A stretch of DNA of 64,000 nucleotides from an uncultured Candidatus Saccharibacteria bacterium (GTDB taxonomy: Bacteria; Patescibacteriota; Saccharimonadia; Saccharimonadales; CAZLTB01), in the NCBI GenBank assembly GCA_964562505.1, contig CAZLTB010000002.1:1200-65199 (forward strand). The letters are read 5' to 3'. The position numbers and the translations under genes are program-made. The notes beneath the pieces were generated by a model. That model saw only the letters and a list, made by a program, of their open reading frames with translations, ran no database searches and was not told the DNA's origin. This document shows positions 35,172-45,641 of this stretch, one piece after another; position 1 is the stretch's first letter; every line of letters starts with the position of its first letter.

Positions 35172-37982
35172 ATGCTAGATAACATGACTGGAGAAGACAA
35201 AAGCCTTCCTTTTTATCGTCTTGGAACTGAACGAGTAATAGAACAGTTACAGACCAATAAAGATGGTCTGGTGGCAAATGAAGCCAGTAAACGTGTTGAA
35301 CATTACGGTTTTAATAAGCTTGAGCAACTGCATAAAGAATCTTTGCTGCACAAATATCTGCGTCAATACAAAGATCTTATGATAATTTTACTGCTGGCCA
35401 GTAGCTTGATTTCATTTGTATTTTTGGGCGACAAAACAACTGGTATTGCACTGTTGGCTATAGTTCTATTTAACACAATTATAGGTTTCTCCCAGGAATA
35501 TAAAGCCGAACGTCTGATGGAAAGCCTTGAGTTACTGGTTGTACAAGAGGCAAAAGTAATTCGGGACAGCAAATTAGAGCAGCTTCCTTCAATTGAATTA
35601 GTTCCTGGCGACATAGTCTATATAGAAGAGGGTGATTCTATCCCGGCAGACTTACGTCTTATAGATGAGTCAGAATTATCAACAAATGATTTTGCTTTAA
35701 CGGGAGAAAGTGATCCTTCGCGCAAATTTACCCATGCTATCAGCGATAACGTGGAGCTAGCCAATCGACATAATCTAGTTTTCATGGGTACAACTGTTGC
35801 AACCGGTCATGCCCACGGAGTTGTAGTTGCCACAGGTATGCAAACTGAGCTTGGTCGAATTGCTGGACTAAGCGCAGATACAACCACTGATATTAGTCCT
35901 TTGCAGAGAGAGATGAACCACATTGCCGCACGTGTAACTCAGGGAACGATAATTTTGTGTGTAATTCTTTTGCCTACTGCTATGCATTTTGGTCTGCCGT
36001 TTAAAAATGCTCTACTATTTGCCATAGGCATAGCGAGTTCGATCATTCCGCAAGGTCTGCCAGCAGAAATTAATACTGCCCTTGCCCAAGCCGCCAATAA
36101 ATTAGCCAAGGCCAGAGCACTTGTTAAAAAGCTATCTTCAGTTGAAACTTTGGGGGCCACAACTATTATTTGCACTGATAAAACCGGTACCCTAACTAAA
36201 AATGAAATGACAGTAGAGCAAATATTAATTGGTCGAAACATTTATAACGTAAGCGGTACAGGTTATGAGGCCAATGGAAAGATACAACAATCCGCTAAAT
36301 CAGTTAATGGTGAAGAGCTTAAGGAGTTAGATTTATTCCTTGCTACTGGAATTTTTGCTAGCAATGCTGAGATCAATCCACCGGATGGGGAGCACGTAAC
36401 ATGGTACTGTTTAGGTGATCCCACTGAAGGAGCCTTAATAACATTGGCGCGCAAAGGCAATATTGAGCCTAATGAGCTCAATTCGTCTAGCCCAGAGTTA
36501 CGTGAGTTTGCATTTGATTCGGCTCGCAAACGTATGAGTTCAATCCGGCGCTATGGACCAAATAACCAGCTTTATGTATTTGTTAAAGGTGCTCCGGAAA
36601 GTATATTAGAACGCTCGAACGATGTGTGGGACCATGGACATGTTCGACAATTGAAGAAAGCTGACCGAGATTTTTTCCTGAGTCAAAATACTAAGTGGGC
36701 TGAAACTGCTATGCGCAACTTAGCTTACGCGTACAAAGTTCTCCCCGCTAATACTGACATCAAAAAACTTACAATGGATGAGGTTGAATCAAATCTTACC
36801 TTCTTGGGTATGGTAAGCATGATTGACCCTTTGCGTGATGAAGTGGCTTCTGCTATGAGGTCGGCACATAATGCACACATTAAAATCTCAATTATAACTG
36901 GGGATTTTGCACCGACAGCTAAAGCCATTGCCGTAAAAGCTGGTTTAGCTATTAAATCTGATGAAATAGTTGTTGTAAGTGGAGAAGAACTTAGACACAT
37001 TGATAACCCACGCATATTGCAGCTAGTGATGCGTGGCGGTGTAGTTTTTAGTCGTGTAAGTCCAGAAGATAAACTACGTATAGTAGAGCTCGTCAAAGAC
37101 AGTGGGCATGTTGTAGCTGTAACGGGAGATGGTATAAATGATGCTCCGGCACTTAAGCGCGCCGATATAGGCGTAGCCATGGGGCGGACCGGCACAGATG
37201 TAGCAAAACAATCGGCTGAGATAGTATTGCTTGATGATAGTTTCAGCACTTTAGTACGAGCTATTCAGCAAGGTCGAGTCATTTTTCAGAATATTAAGAA
37301 AGGCACCCTTAGTTGCTTCACCAGTAACGCGGCTGAGCTAATCGTAAATCTTACGAGTCTAGCAGCTTTTGTGATTTTCAAAGTACCATTAGCTTTGACT
37401 GTTATGGAAATTCTGGCTATTGACCTAATCGCTGAGCTTTTCCCAATAGCGGCACTTGGTTGGGATCAAGCTGACCATGAACTTATGAATGAACGACCGA
37501 GAAATCCTCACAACCACATACTTAACTCTCGCTCAATTACAGATTTGCTTTGGTGTGGTGTATTAATAGGTGGGCTTGCGTTCATGAATTTTGTTCTTTT
37601 CTTCTGGCGCAATGGTTTGAGTGCCAGAGGTGCATCAATGAACACTTCTTTTTATATGCAGGCCACAGCTCTAACTTACTTAACCATTGTGCTCTGCCAA
37701 ATGCTCAATATTTTACAGCGCCGTAGCCAAAATGGTTTGTTCACCCGTTACCAATTTCATAACAAGCAACTATGGATCGCCATGCTGTTTTCACTATTTT
37801 GTGTTGGCAACATTATTTATAATCCGGCTGTGGCACCCTATTTCGGTGCCGGTCCACTTAAAATATCAGACTGGATATTTGCCCTTGGAGCCGCCGCGAT
37901 ATTTGTAGCCGTACGCGAAATACAGCGTTATTTCTATAAGCTAAGAGCTTCTACCCAAGAGATACAAAGCCAATCCATTTAG
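35172..37982 (+). CDS. Cation-transporting P-type ATPase (type II, Ca2+/Mg2+-like)
   Basis: 936 aa with the phosphorylation site ICTDKTGTLT, TGES, VTGDGINDAPALKRADIGVAM and about ten TM helices. Confidence 0.92.
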   Translation: MLDNMTGEDKSLPFYRLGTERVIEQLQTNKDGLVANEASKRVEHYGFNKLEQLHKESLLHKYLRQYKDLMIILLLASSLISFVFLGDKTTGIALLAIVLFNTIIGFSQEYKAERLMESLELLVVQEAKVIRDSKLEQLPSIELVPGDIVYIEEGDSIPADLRLIDESELSTNDFALTGESDPSRKFTHAISDNVELANRHNLVFMGTTVATGHAHGVVVATGMQTELGRIAGLSADTTTDISPLQREMNHIAARVTQGTIILCVILLPTAMHFGLPFKNALLFAIGIASSIIPQGLPAEINTALAQAANKLAKARALVKKLSSVETLGATTIICTDKTGTLTKNEMTVEQILIGRNIYNVSGTGYEANGKIQQSAKSVNGEELKELDLFLATGIFASNAEINPPDGEHVTWYCLGDPTEGALITLARKGNIEPNELNSSSPELREFAFDSARKRMSSIRRYGPNNQLYVFVKGAPESILERSNDVWDHGHVRQLKKADRDFFLSQNTKWAETAMRNLAYAYKVLPANTDIKKLTMDEVESNLTFLGMVSMIDPLRDEVASAMRSAHNAHIKISIITGDFAPTAKAIAVKAGLAIKSDEIVVVSGEELRHIDNPRILQLVMRGGVVFSRVSPEDKLRIVELVKDSGHVVAVTGDGINDAPALKRADIGVAMGRTGTDVAKQSAEIVLLDDSFSTLVRAIQQGRVIFQNIKKGTLSCFTSNAAELIVNLTSLAAFVIFKVPLALTVMEILAIDLIAELFPIAALGWDQADHELMNERPRNPHNHILNSRSITDLLWCGVLIGGLAFMNFVLFFWRNGLSARGASMNTSFYMQATALTYLTIVLCQMLNILQRRSQNGLFTRYQFHNKQLWIAMLFSLFCVGNIIYNPAVAPYFGAGPLKISDWIFALGAAAIFVAVREIQRYFYKLRASTQEIQSQSI

Positions 37983-39050
37983 AAACTCTACACCCTCTTT
38001 GGTCCATAAATCATGGGATTGGGTAAGCGATTTACTGGCTAGTTGTATATGTTTCTCAGCCTTTGTCTTTGCATAATCAAGTGCGCCGCTTTTTATTAAA
38101 ATATCTTTGCATCGCTCGAATTCCATTTGAGTAAGTTGCTTATTGCCTAACATCTGGACCAGGAAATTTTTGTCTGCATTGTTGGCACGCTTCAAAGCAT
38201 AAACTGTCAGTAAAGTGCGTTTACCTTCCCTGATATCGTCAAGAGGGCTTTTGCCGCTTTCGAACTCACTGCCAAAAACCCCTAAAATATCATCCGTGAT
38301 TTGGAAGGCTCGTCCCGCATTCATAGCATAATCAGTTATTGCATCAGTTCGATCACAATCAGCCCCAGCCAGAACCATGCCAACGTGAAGTGGATTGAGA
38401 AATGTGTAGGTAGCGGTCTTCCATTCCATAACTTTGTCTACATCCGCCTCGTTCACATTTGCTGACATTTCGTTTGCCACGTCTGTAGTTTGACCATGTG
38501 CCGTAACCAACATAGTGCGATTTAGAATACTGATAACTTTAAGACTTAAATCTTCATCAACCGCCAAATTTGCTAGTACCATGTGGGCAGCATGCATACC
38601 AGATAGACCGGCTGTAAGTGCAATGGCTAAACCGAAGTGCTCTGGGTCGTCAGCCAACTGTTTCTTCCGATGGTAATCAGCGAGCATAGCATGTGCTGAA
38701 GGTCCGCCACGGCGGGTAAGGCTTCTGTCTTGAATATCATCAACTATTAATATATAGGCGTGAACCATTTCAATAGCCCGGGCAGCCTGAATTATCATGT
38801 GTTGATCCGTGCCGCCACACATTTCATAGCCAATCATTGTTAGAGCTCCACGAATACGTTTGCCGCCGCGAGTTAGAATACTTAGATAAGCATCAGTAGC
38901 GAGTCTTGCTTGATTGCCATAAACTTGCAGCGTAGTGCGTTCAATTGCTCGAGAATATTTTTCAATATCATCATCAATAAGTTTTTTATAGGTCTTGATC
39001 TTCTTTTTGAACAATTCAACATTATTCTGGCTAACTTGTGCTTTATTCAT
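37941..39050 (-). CDS. Polyprenyl diphosphate synthase (trans-isoprenyl, GGPP/longer-chain type)
   Basis: 369 aa with the first Asp-rich motif ILIVDDIQDRSLTRRG and the second FQITDDILG. Confidence 0.88.
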   Translation of the reverse strand: MNKAQVSQNNVELFKKKIKTYKKLIDDDIEKYSRAIERTTLQVYGNQARLATDAYLSILTRGGKRIRGALTMIGYEMCGGTDQHMIIQAARAIEMVHAYILIVDDIQDRSLTRRGGPSAHAMLADYHRKKQLADDPEHFGLAIALTAGLSGMHAAHMVLANLAVDEDLSLKVISILNRTMLVTAHGQTTDVANEMSANVNEADVDKVMEWKTATYTFLNPLHVGMVLAGADCDRTDAITDYAMNAGRAFQITDDILGVFGSEFESGKSPLDDIREGKRTLLTVYALKRANNADKNFLVQMLGNKQLTQMEFERCKDILIKSGALDYAKTKAEKHIQLASKSLTQSHDLWTKEGVEFLNGLALYLLGRSS

Positions 39051-39053
39051 AGC

Positions 39054-39665
39054 CTAATTACCTATTTTCAGGACAAGTTGTCTAGCATTTTGCAAAAATT
39101 CTTCAATTTTATCGCCATTATTTATAAGAATATGTGTAGCTTTGTTTTTTACATATGAAATATTCATTTGAACCTCACTAGGGATATTTTCTTGTGGTTT
39201 CCACTGCAAAGCTTCCTGGCGTTTGAATTCATCAAGAGATATAGGTTCTTCTCCTTCACGTAAATGTTTAAGATGGCGCTCGTGACGAACGGAGTCATCT
39301 GCTTCAACCCAAATAAGTTCCCCTTTGTGATTTAGAATCCAATCTACTTCAACCGGTGCGCGGACACTAAAAAGAACAAGTCCTTTGTAGTAGTTTCCAC
39401 CAGTTTCCTGCGATTTATTGAATTCTTTTAGAGCCTCTTGAAGTATTACGTCTGGTCCATATGTTTCTCTAAGCCAATTAGATGTTTCGGTCATGTTTTT
39501 AACTGATATGGGATCTTTTTTATCCTTGTGGCGTAGCCTAGCGTTCCTACGTGTAAAATCACCAAATGAGAAGCCATAATAACCTGACTCTATAAATAAT
39601 TCGGCCAGCGTGTCTTTACCACTTCTTGGTAGTCCACCAATCCCAACAATTTTGACCCCTGCCAT
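39054..39665 (-). CDS. P-loop nucleotide/nucleoside kinase-like protein
   Basis: 203 aa with Walker A GIGGLPRSGKDTLA. Resembles dNMP/dephospho-CoA kinase-like small kinases. Confidence 0.55.
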   Translation of the reverse strand: MAGVKIVGIGGLPRSGKDTLAELFIESGYYGFSFGDFTRRNARLRHKDKKDPISVKNMTETSNWLRETYGPDVILQEALKEFNKSQETGGNYYKGLVLFSVRAPVEVDWILNHKGELIWVEADDSVRHERHLKHLREGEEPISLDEFKRQEALQWKPQENIPSEVQMNISYVKNKATHILINNGDKIEEFLQNARQLVLKIGN

Positions 39666-39668
39666 AAT

Positions 39669-40805
39669 CTATTTGATGTAGTCGTGAAGTTTTTTGCTAT
39701 CTTTGTGCTTGCGAAGTTTAGCTAGAGCTTTGGCTTCTATTTGGCGAATACGTTCGCGAGTAACGCTGAATTCCTGGCCAACTTCTTCAAGTGTATGGCT
39801 TTTACCATCCTCAAGTCCGAATCGCAGTTTGAGTATTTTTTGTTCTCGCTCCGTGAGACTCGAAAGCATGTCTTTAACGTGTTCTTTCAAAAGCTGAGTA
39901 GTTGCTGATTCTTCAGGTGAAATTGTGTCTTCATCCTCAATAAAATCAGCCAGTACTGAATCTTCTTCATCGTCACGCACGGAGGCATCAAGGCTCGAAA
40001 TATCTTGCTTGATTTTCATTATGTGTTCGACTTTCTCAACATCTATTTCCATGGCCTGGGCAATTTCTTCATTGCTAGGTTCACGATTTAATTCTTGGGT
40101 TAGTCGACGTTGTGTTCTGAGTAACTTATTTATGGTTTCAACCATGTGAACCGGTATACGAATCGTTCGAGCCTGGTCGGCAATAGCACGTGTAATTGCC
40201 TGTCGGATCCACCACGTAGCATACGTCGAAAACTTGAAACCTTTATCTGGATCAAACTTTTCAACAGCACGAAGAAGTCCCGTATTTCCTTCTTGAATAA
40301 GATCAAGCAGATCCAAACCACGACCAACGTATCGTTTAGCAATACTTACAACCAGACGCATATTGGCTTCGGCCATTTTATCTTTAGCGTCTTTATCACC
40401 GGCCACAACTCTCTGAGCCAATGCAAGCTCTTCTTCGGCATTAAGTAGTGGGATTTTACCGATCTCGCGCAAATATAGTCTGACTGAATCATCAGCAATA
40501 TCATCAAGATATACTTGTTCACCCAGATTTATTTCTTCTTCAGGATCTTCCGCTTCCCATTCACCAGAGAATTCACCTGACGGTTCAGTGACTCCTACGA
40601 CCGCAATGTTAGCATCGGCGAGTTCAGTATAGAGCTGGTCTAAAATATCGACATTTTCAGGTGTATCAGGAATGGCTTTAAAGATATCGCGCTGATCAAT
40701 CTTCTTATCCTTTTTAGCTTTTTCAACCAGATCCTTCTTGGCTTGCTCCAGTGCTGGGTCAACTGTTTGTTCATCATCTGCATTTTGAATATCATCATCT
40801 GCCAT
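39669..40805 (-). CDS. rpoD: RNA polymerase primary sigma factor
   Basis: 378 aa with region 2 ([32 protein letters not shown]) and region 4 ([20 protein letters not shown]). In dnaG-rpoD synteny. Confidence 0.96.
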   Translation of the reverse strand: MADDDIQNADDEQTVDPALEQAKKDLVEKAKKDKKIDQRDIFKAIPDTPENVDILDQLYTELADANIAVVGVTEPSGEFSGEWEAEDPEEEINLGEQVYLDDIADDSVRLYLREIGKIPLLNAEEELALAQRVVAGDKDAKDKMAEANMRLVVSIAKRYVGRGLDLLDLIQEGNTGLLRAVEKFDPDKGFKFSTYATWWIRQAITRAIADQARTIRIPVHMVETINKLLRTQRRLTQELNREPSNEEIAQAMEIDVEKVEHIMKIKQDISSLDASVRDDEEDSVLADFIEDEDTISPEESATTQLLKEHVKDMLSSLTEREQKILKLRFGLEDGKSHTLEEVGQEFSVTRERIRQIEAKALAKLRKHKDSKKLHDYIK

Positions 40806-40822
40806 TATTCTAAAACGCTCCT

Positions 40823-42565
40823 TTAGTGCTCTTTAAGTAATAAATCGAGTTCTCTGGCTTGTTCTAATAAGTTCTTGAGATCCGGCTCTTCAGCTTGCCT
40901 CATAGCATCAGCTAACTCATGTTTTTTCGCTTTTACATACTGTTCTATCAACCGTGTCTGCAATCGAGCGGCTTCATTACGAAGCTCCAAAAGCTCGAGA
41001 CCCTGATAGAGTTCCTCATACTGTAGACTCAACATTTTAACATAATCACTTATTCTTAGCAATTTATCTGACTCAGTTGGATCCTCGTTAAATTGAGGAT
41101 TGGCTTTTAGAAACTTCATCAAGATTTGAGCATTTTTATCTAATAAAATGTCTTCATTTAAGCCTTCGAGATAATAGCGGAGAGCTGGCTGCATCAGTGT
41201 CAAAGCCATTAATTGATTTTCCGCTTTAGTCCTTTCTATATTACTTTTGTCTAATTCCGGAGGTCTTACGTTACGCTTTATGGCCCTTGTTTCGGTAGGA
41301 ATTTTACTAAGCTTTTGCTCCAGAGCTGTCTTGTTAACCCCCATTATTTCAGCAATTTGTCCAATGTAGTGGTCCTGCTCAACATTATCTGGTAGTTTGG
41401 CGACTAGTTTTAGAACTATGTCACTGAATTCGCGCTTGCCTACTGCGCTACTTAAATCTAGTTGTGATTGATAATGATTAATCAGCCAGTCCATGGCGTA
41501 CTTTTTGGATTCAATAACTTTTTTCCAACTGTCTGGGTTCTTTTTTATTAGTTCGTCAGGATCTTTACCTTCAGGAAGAGATATTATACTCAAAGTTACG
41601 CCTACTTTACTGGCCAGAGGTATAGCTCGTTCGGTGGCTGCGAGACCAGCTTTGTCTTGATCAAAGGCCATTCTTATATCAGTAGTGAAACGACCTAGAG
41701 CCTTCAAATGCATTTCTGTCATAGCCGTGCCGGCTGTAGCTACGGTTTGTCCAACGTCAGCTTGATGGCTGGCTATGACATCAAGGTTACCTTCTACCAT
41801 AACTGCATAATTGTTCTGTCGAATAGCTTCTTTTGCAAGATGTAGACCATACACATGACGGCTCTTGTCATATAAAAGTGTTTGGGGAGTATTAATATAC
41901 TTTGGGGCGTCAGGTTGATCATCCAATAGCCGGGCAGTGAAGCCAACCACTTGTCCTTGCTGATCCATCAAAGGTATCATTAGCCTTCCTCGAAACATAT
42001 CATTTGCATTCTGATAACGCCTGGTAATAAGTCCAGATTTTTGCAGTTCCTGGTCGCTAAAGCCTTGTTTTTTCATAAATTTTACAAGGGCGGTACCAGT
42101 ATTTGGCGAATATCCCAGTTGAAACTTCAAAGCCACGCTTTTACTAAAGCCACGCCGCTTCAGAACATATTCAAGTGCTTTTTTACTTTTAGAAAATTGC
42201 ACCTGGTAAAATTTCACTGCCAGTTCATTGGCTTTGTAGAGTCTTTCTTTGACTTTACCTGTTTCAGCACTTTTACCTGTTTGATATTGCGAGAGATCAA
42301 TACCAGCTTTGCGAGCCAGTAGCTCAAGAGCTCCCTTGAAATCTAGCCCCTCCATCTCCATGACAAAACTGAACACATTGCCACCCTTTCCGCTAGAAAA
42401 GTCATGCCAGATCTGTTTTTCCGGGCTAACCATAAAGCTCGGTGTCTTCTCGCTAGTAAATGGGCTCAACCCTTTGTAGTTACGACCAGCACGTTTTAGC
42501 TGAACGTATTCACTTATTACGTCCTCAATACTAAGGCGTTGCTTAATATCCTCCACGGCATCCAT
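40823..42565 (-). CDS. dnaG: DNA primase DnaG (zinc-ribbon ligands substituted)
   Basis: 580 aa with a TOPRIM domain ([23 protein letters not shown]). The N-terminal segment [30 protein letters not shown] is colinear with CPFHxEKTPSFxV..EKQ.yHCFGCG.gGn. Confidence 0.93.
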   Translation of the reverse strand: MDAVEDIKQRLSIEDVISEYVQLKRAGRNYKGLSPFTSEKTPSFMVSPEKQIWHDFSSGKGGNVFSFVMEMEGLDFKGALELLARKAGIDLSQYQTGKSAETGKVKERLYKANELAVKFYQVQFSKSKKALEYVLKRRGFSKSVALKFQLGYSPNTGTALVKFMKKQGFSDQELQKSGLITRRYQNANDMFRGRLMIPLMDQQGQVVGFTARLLDDQPDAPKYINTPQTLLYDKSRHVYGLHLAKEAIRQNNYAVMVEGNLDVIASHQADVGQTVATAGTAMTEMHLKALGRFTTDIRMAFDQDKAGLAATERAIPLASKVGVTLSIISLPEGKDPDELIKKNPDSWKKVIESKKYAMDWLINHYQSQLDLSSAVGKREFSDIVLKLVAKLPDNVEQDHYIGQIAEIMGVNKTALEQKLSKIPTETRAIKRNVRPPELDKSNIERTKAENQLMALTLMQPALRYYLEGLNEDILLDKNAQILMKFLKANPQFNEDPTESDKLLRISDYVKMLSLQYEELYQGLELLELRNEAARLQTRLIEQYVKAKKHELADAMRQAEEPDLKNLLEQARELDLLLKEH

Positions 42566-42660
42566 GCTTATAGCTTATAGCTAAGAACTGAAAGCTGAAA
42601 GCATTAGCGATAATCAGAAAGAATGAATATCACACATTTGAATTCTAAATTGTAACTTGT

Positions 42661-43707
42661 ATGCTTATGGTTATGGATTCGAAGTCAACGCAGGCTAATA
42701 AGTATATTCCTCCTAGCGTGCAACAGGCTATGAACCAACATATGCAGCACATGCCTGCTAACTTACAAAAGTATCAAAGCGGCAACACTTATATTCCGGC
42801 TGGAGCCCAAAAAGCAATGACTGACTATATGAAAAAGAGCATGCCTGCTCACATGCAAGAATACATTGGTTCTTACATGAAAAATCAGGTCACGTCAGGG
42901 TTAAATTCTATTAATCCAGGCACTCCGCGAGCAGTTCAGTCTGGGCCTCGCGGTGTTGATTTGATGCGCCGCGATCACTCGGCTTTCAATGAACAATTTA
43001 ATGTCACTGTCGATTCCTCGCCAACTGCTGGCTCCCCAAAAAGCCTTTCATTTTCACCTCAATATTCTTCATCAGAAGGCACTCCATCGACATCAACGTC
43101 TGAAAACCAGTCTCAGCCACAGAATAACCCTTATGACTTTTTAGATGATAAACCACCGATTAAAAAAGGTCTTTTTTCTTCTGGAGGTGGTGGTAAACAA
43201 AAGAGTCTAATTGTAATCGTTGGAACTCTTTTATTAATCACAGTCATAGCTGTCATGCTTTTTTCCGTTTTTGGCGGAACGCCCAGTAACAAAACTGAGC
43301 TATTAGGTCTAGCGCAGGAGCAAAATGAACTTATTCGTATTTCAGACATAGGAACAATGAAGGCCCGTGGCGCAGATGCTAAAAATTTGGCAGTAATATC
43401 AAAACTTACATTCACCAGTGATCAACAGCCGCTTTTGGCTGCACTCAAGACCCAAAAGGTAAAAGTTACCACTAAACAACTTGATGCCGGCAAAGATAGT
43501 AAAACTGATGATCTACTCACTCAGGCAGAGCAAGCTAATCGATTTGACGAAGTATTTATACAAACCTTGCAAAGTAAACTCACCGCTTACCAAAGAGATC
43601 TGAAAAAGGCCCATGATAGTCAAGCAACGGGCAAGAAATTGAAGCTTACCCTATCTGACCAATACAGAAATGCTTCTCTAATAATTAACGTCAAACCTGA
43701 GCTTTAG
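42661..43707 (+). CDS. Hypothetical single-pass membrane protein with a duplicated Met/His/Gln-rich N-terminal motif
   Basis: 348 aa with one central TM helix (LIVIVGTLLLITVIAVMLFSVFGG). The repeats are YIPPSVQQAMNQHMQHMPANLQKY and YIPAGAQKAMTDYMKKSMPAHMQEY. Confidence 0.6.
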   Translation: MLMVMDSKSTQANKYIPPSVQQAMNQHMQHMPANLQKYQSGNTYIPAGAQKAMTDYMKKSMPAHMQEYIGSYMKNQVTSGLNSINPGTPRAVQSGPRGVDLMRRDHSAFNEQFNVTVDSSPTAGSPKSLSFSPQYSSSEGTPSTSTSENQSQPQNNPYDFLDDKPPIKKGLFSSGGGGKQKSLIVIVGTLLLITVIAVMLFSVFGGTPSNKTELLGLAQEQNELIRISDIGTMKARGADAKNLAVISKLTFTSDQQPLLAALKTQKVKVTTKQLDAGKDSKTDDLLTQAEQANRFDEVFIQTLQSKLTAYQRDLKKAHDSQATGKKLKLTLSDQYRNASLIINVKPEL

Positions 43708-43714
43708 ATAATAA

Positions 43715-44059
43715 CTAGTCAATTATTGGCGTGTCTTTATCAATGCCAGCTACTAAGTCGTAGCTGTGGTGGATAAGGGCTTGGATCTCTTCCCACGGTA
43801 ATTGGCCCGTGAGAATGATTGTGTTCCAGTGTTTTTTGTTCAAATGATAGCCCTCATGTACTGTTTCATATTTACCGCGCAGGACTTTTGATAACTCTGG
43901 GTCACATTTAAGACTAATGCGTACGGGTTCTTTGTCTTCACTTATCAAGGCAAACATTTTGTCTTTAACTTTATAAACAGCTACGTCCTCACCAAATGGA
44001 TAGTCCAACTTGGCATTAGGCATACTAAGAATATATTCCTCAACTGTTTTATGATCCAT
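43715..44059 (-). CDS. MmcQ/YjbR-family protein
   Basis: 114 aa containing YPFGEDVAVYKVKDKMFALIS...ISLKCDPE....YHLNKKHWNTI, typical of the YjbR fold. Confidence 0.8.
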   Translation of the reverse strand: MDHKTVEEYILSMPNAKLDYPFGEDVAVYKVKDKMFALISEDKEPVRISLKCDPELSKVLRGKYETVHEGYHLNKKHWNTIILTGQLPWEEIQALIHHSYDLVAGIDKDTPIID

Positions 44060-44080
44060 AAACCAGATTGTAGCAAATTA

Positions 44081-44503
44081 TTACTTCTCAGCGGGAGCAG
44101 AAATTTCTATCACCGCTCTGGAACCACGAAATCCTTGCATTAATGTAATGAAATTTTCGGGTGGCATCTCTTCATAATCTTCTGCTGTATCGTCTTCAAG
44201 TATTCCATCTTTATTTATACTGATAGATACCGAATTTTCATGCAGTTGTTCATCCGGTCTGCCAAGTTGAACTTCGTGTGTAACATAATAATTGTCGTAA
44301 CCGAATCCTATTTGAAGTTCTTCGCTGCTACGAAGTCCTTCGAACGAGCTTACTTTCTCAAAAGACATATGATCCCATTCCGTATCTAGAGGTAAGCCAG
44401 CACGTTGTTTGGCGTCTTCTGCCAGAGCATCAAAAGCATTGAGTAGCTCTTTCCCAAGCTTTTCGCGGTTGTTTTCTAGATTGTGAGGTTCTTTTTCGGC
44501 CAT
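44081..44503 (-). CDS. Hypothetical acidic protein
   Basis: 140-aa ORF with a near-consensus promoter immediately upstream. No family recognised. Confidence 0.55.
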   Translation of the reverse strand: MAEKEPHNLENNREKLGKELLNAFDALAEDAKQRAGLPLDTEWDHMSFEKVSSFEGLRSSEELQIGFGYDNYYVTHEVQLGRPDEQLHENSVSISINKDGILEDDTAEDYEEMPPENFITLMQGFRGSRAVIEISAPAEK

Positions 44504-44527
44504 GTTTATTTTTATATAACCAATAGT

Positions 44528-44556
44528 ATTCTAACAAAATATTGCTATTTTGTCAA
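44528..44556 (-). promoter_or_regulatory. Near-consensus sigma-70 promoter (TTGACA-17-TAGAAT)
   Basis: The minus strand reads TTGACA aaatagcaatattttgt TAGAAT. The -10 ends 25 nt upstream of the ATG at 44503. Confidence 0.5.
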
Positions 44557-44633
44557 TTATATATATTTCGATATAAAGAATTCGGTTCTAAATTCCTGGA
44601 CCCTGGCCAAAACCTATATAAGGTATATCGACT

Positions 44634-44963
44634 TTAGAGATAGCCTGGCGCCGGTGGTTTACTTAAATCTACTTCGTGCATACCGAATTGAGCAGCTTCT
44701 TCCGGCAAATATACATCTCCTTTTAGATCTTCAGGAATATACACAGTTTCTTGTGAATCAGTGACACCCACCTCCCCAACAAAATGTTCTTTAGGAACCT
44801 GGTTCTCCGTCACAACGTATTCCTCGTCAATAACAAGAACTGCTTCGCCACCGACTGTTATTTCTGCCAGATACTTAGCCGTATGCCTACTGTTTGCCCA
44901 ACTTTGCTGTTCTGGAACAGCAGGAAACATGCCTCCTCCGAGACCTTCTACGTTAATAGCCAT
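44634..44963 (-). CDS. Hypothetical acidic protein
   Basis: 109-aa ORF. No family recognised. Confidence 0.45.
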   Translation of the reverse strand: MAINVEGLGGGMFPAVPEQQSWANSRHTAKYLAEITVGGEAVLVIDEEYVVTENQVPKEHFVGEVGVTDSQETVYIPEDLKGDVYLPEEAAQFGMHEVDLSKPPAPGYL

Positions 44964-45033
44964 ATTTTTCCCCTTTTCACACTTCTTGTGTTAAATTTTT
45001 ATATTCTAGGTTTAGTCCTGTTCTGGTGAAATG

Positions 45034-45600
45034 TCAAGACTTAGAAGGTTTCTTGAAGTAGTCTAGATAAAACTGGAGCTCAGCTATCGAAGCTTGAATA
45101 TCATCAAAAGCACGGTGGACTTCTTGCTTCTCAAACTTCACGCCGTATTTACCTTGCATTACAACTTTCCAGGCGCTTACATCAAGCATGCGATAATGTA
45201 GCTTTAAGTCTAGATTTGGCATCCAGCGTTTAATAAATTGTCGATCGTTATGAATAGAGTTACCTGCAAGCACTACGGGCTCATCGCCAAAATGTTTTTC
45301 TAATAATGTTAATAAGTCATTTTCTACTTCATCCCCAGTTTTGCCGTCTTCCAATTTAGCAATAAATTGATCTCTGTTACCTGGAAAATCGCGCCACCAA
45401 ATATTAGCCTGCATTAGACTAACTACTGAGTCTTTTTTGTGTTTTAAAAAGGCTTCGTAGCTTTCTAGTGTTTTAAAGTCAAAATCGGTAATCTCAGCGG
45501 CTACTTCCAGAATTACATCTTTTGTGGGATCAAGTCCGGTCATTTCTAAATCCACCCAAAGCAATTTTGTGGGGACAATGTCTTTATTAATCATTGCCAA
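45034..45600 (-). CDS. orn: Oligoribonuclease
   Basis: 188 aa with DEDDh exonuclease motifs (LLWVDLEMTGLDP, LAGNSIHNDRQFI, HRAFDDI). Confidence 0.92.
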   Translation of the reverse strand: MAMINKDIVPTKLLWVDLEMTGLDPTKDVILEVAAEITDFDFKTLESYEAFLKHKKDSVVSLMQANIWWRDFPGNRDQFIAKLEDGKTGDEVENDLLTLLEKHFGDEPVVLAGNSIHNDRQFIKRWMPNLDLKLHYRMLDVSAWKVVMQGKYGVKFEKQEVHRAFDDIQASIAELQFYLDYFKKPSKS

Positions 45601-45641
45601 ACATTATATAGCTTCACGCCTTGTTCGCTATACTTATTGTC

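Noticed and set aside
37941-37982. Convergent 3'-end overlaps considered as possible antisense regulation. These are P-type ATPase versus polyprenyl synthase (42 nt), ychF versus PRTase-like at 11480-11490, and 30494-30517.
   Set aside because: Short convergent overlaps are common in compact genomes. No hairpin or conserved element is visible in them, and I see no evidence of function.
42566-42660. Short direct repeats (gcttata gcttata; aactgaaag ctgaaag) in the dnaG / 348-aa gene divergent intergenic region.
   Set aside because: They are too short (7-9 nt, two copies each) to call as a regulatory repeat or mobile-element end. They could be chance in AT-rich promoter DNA.
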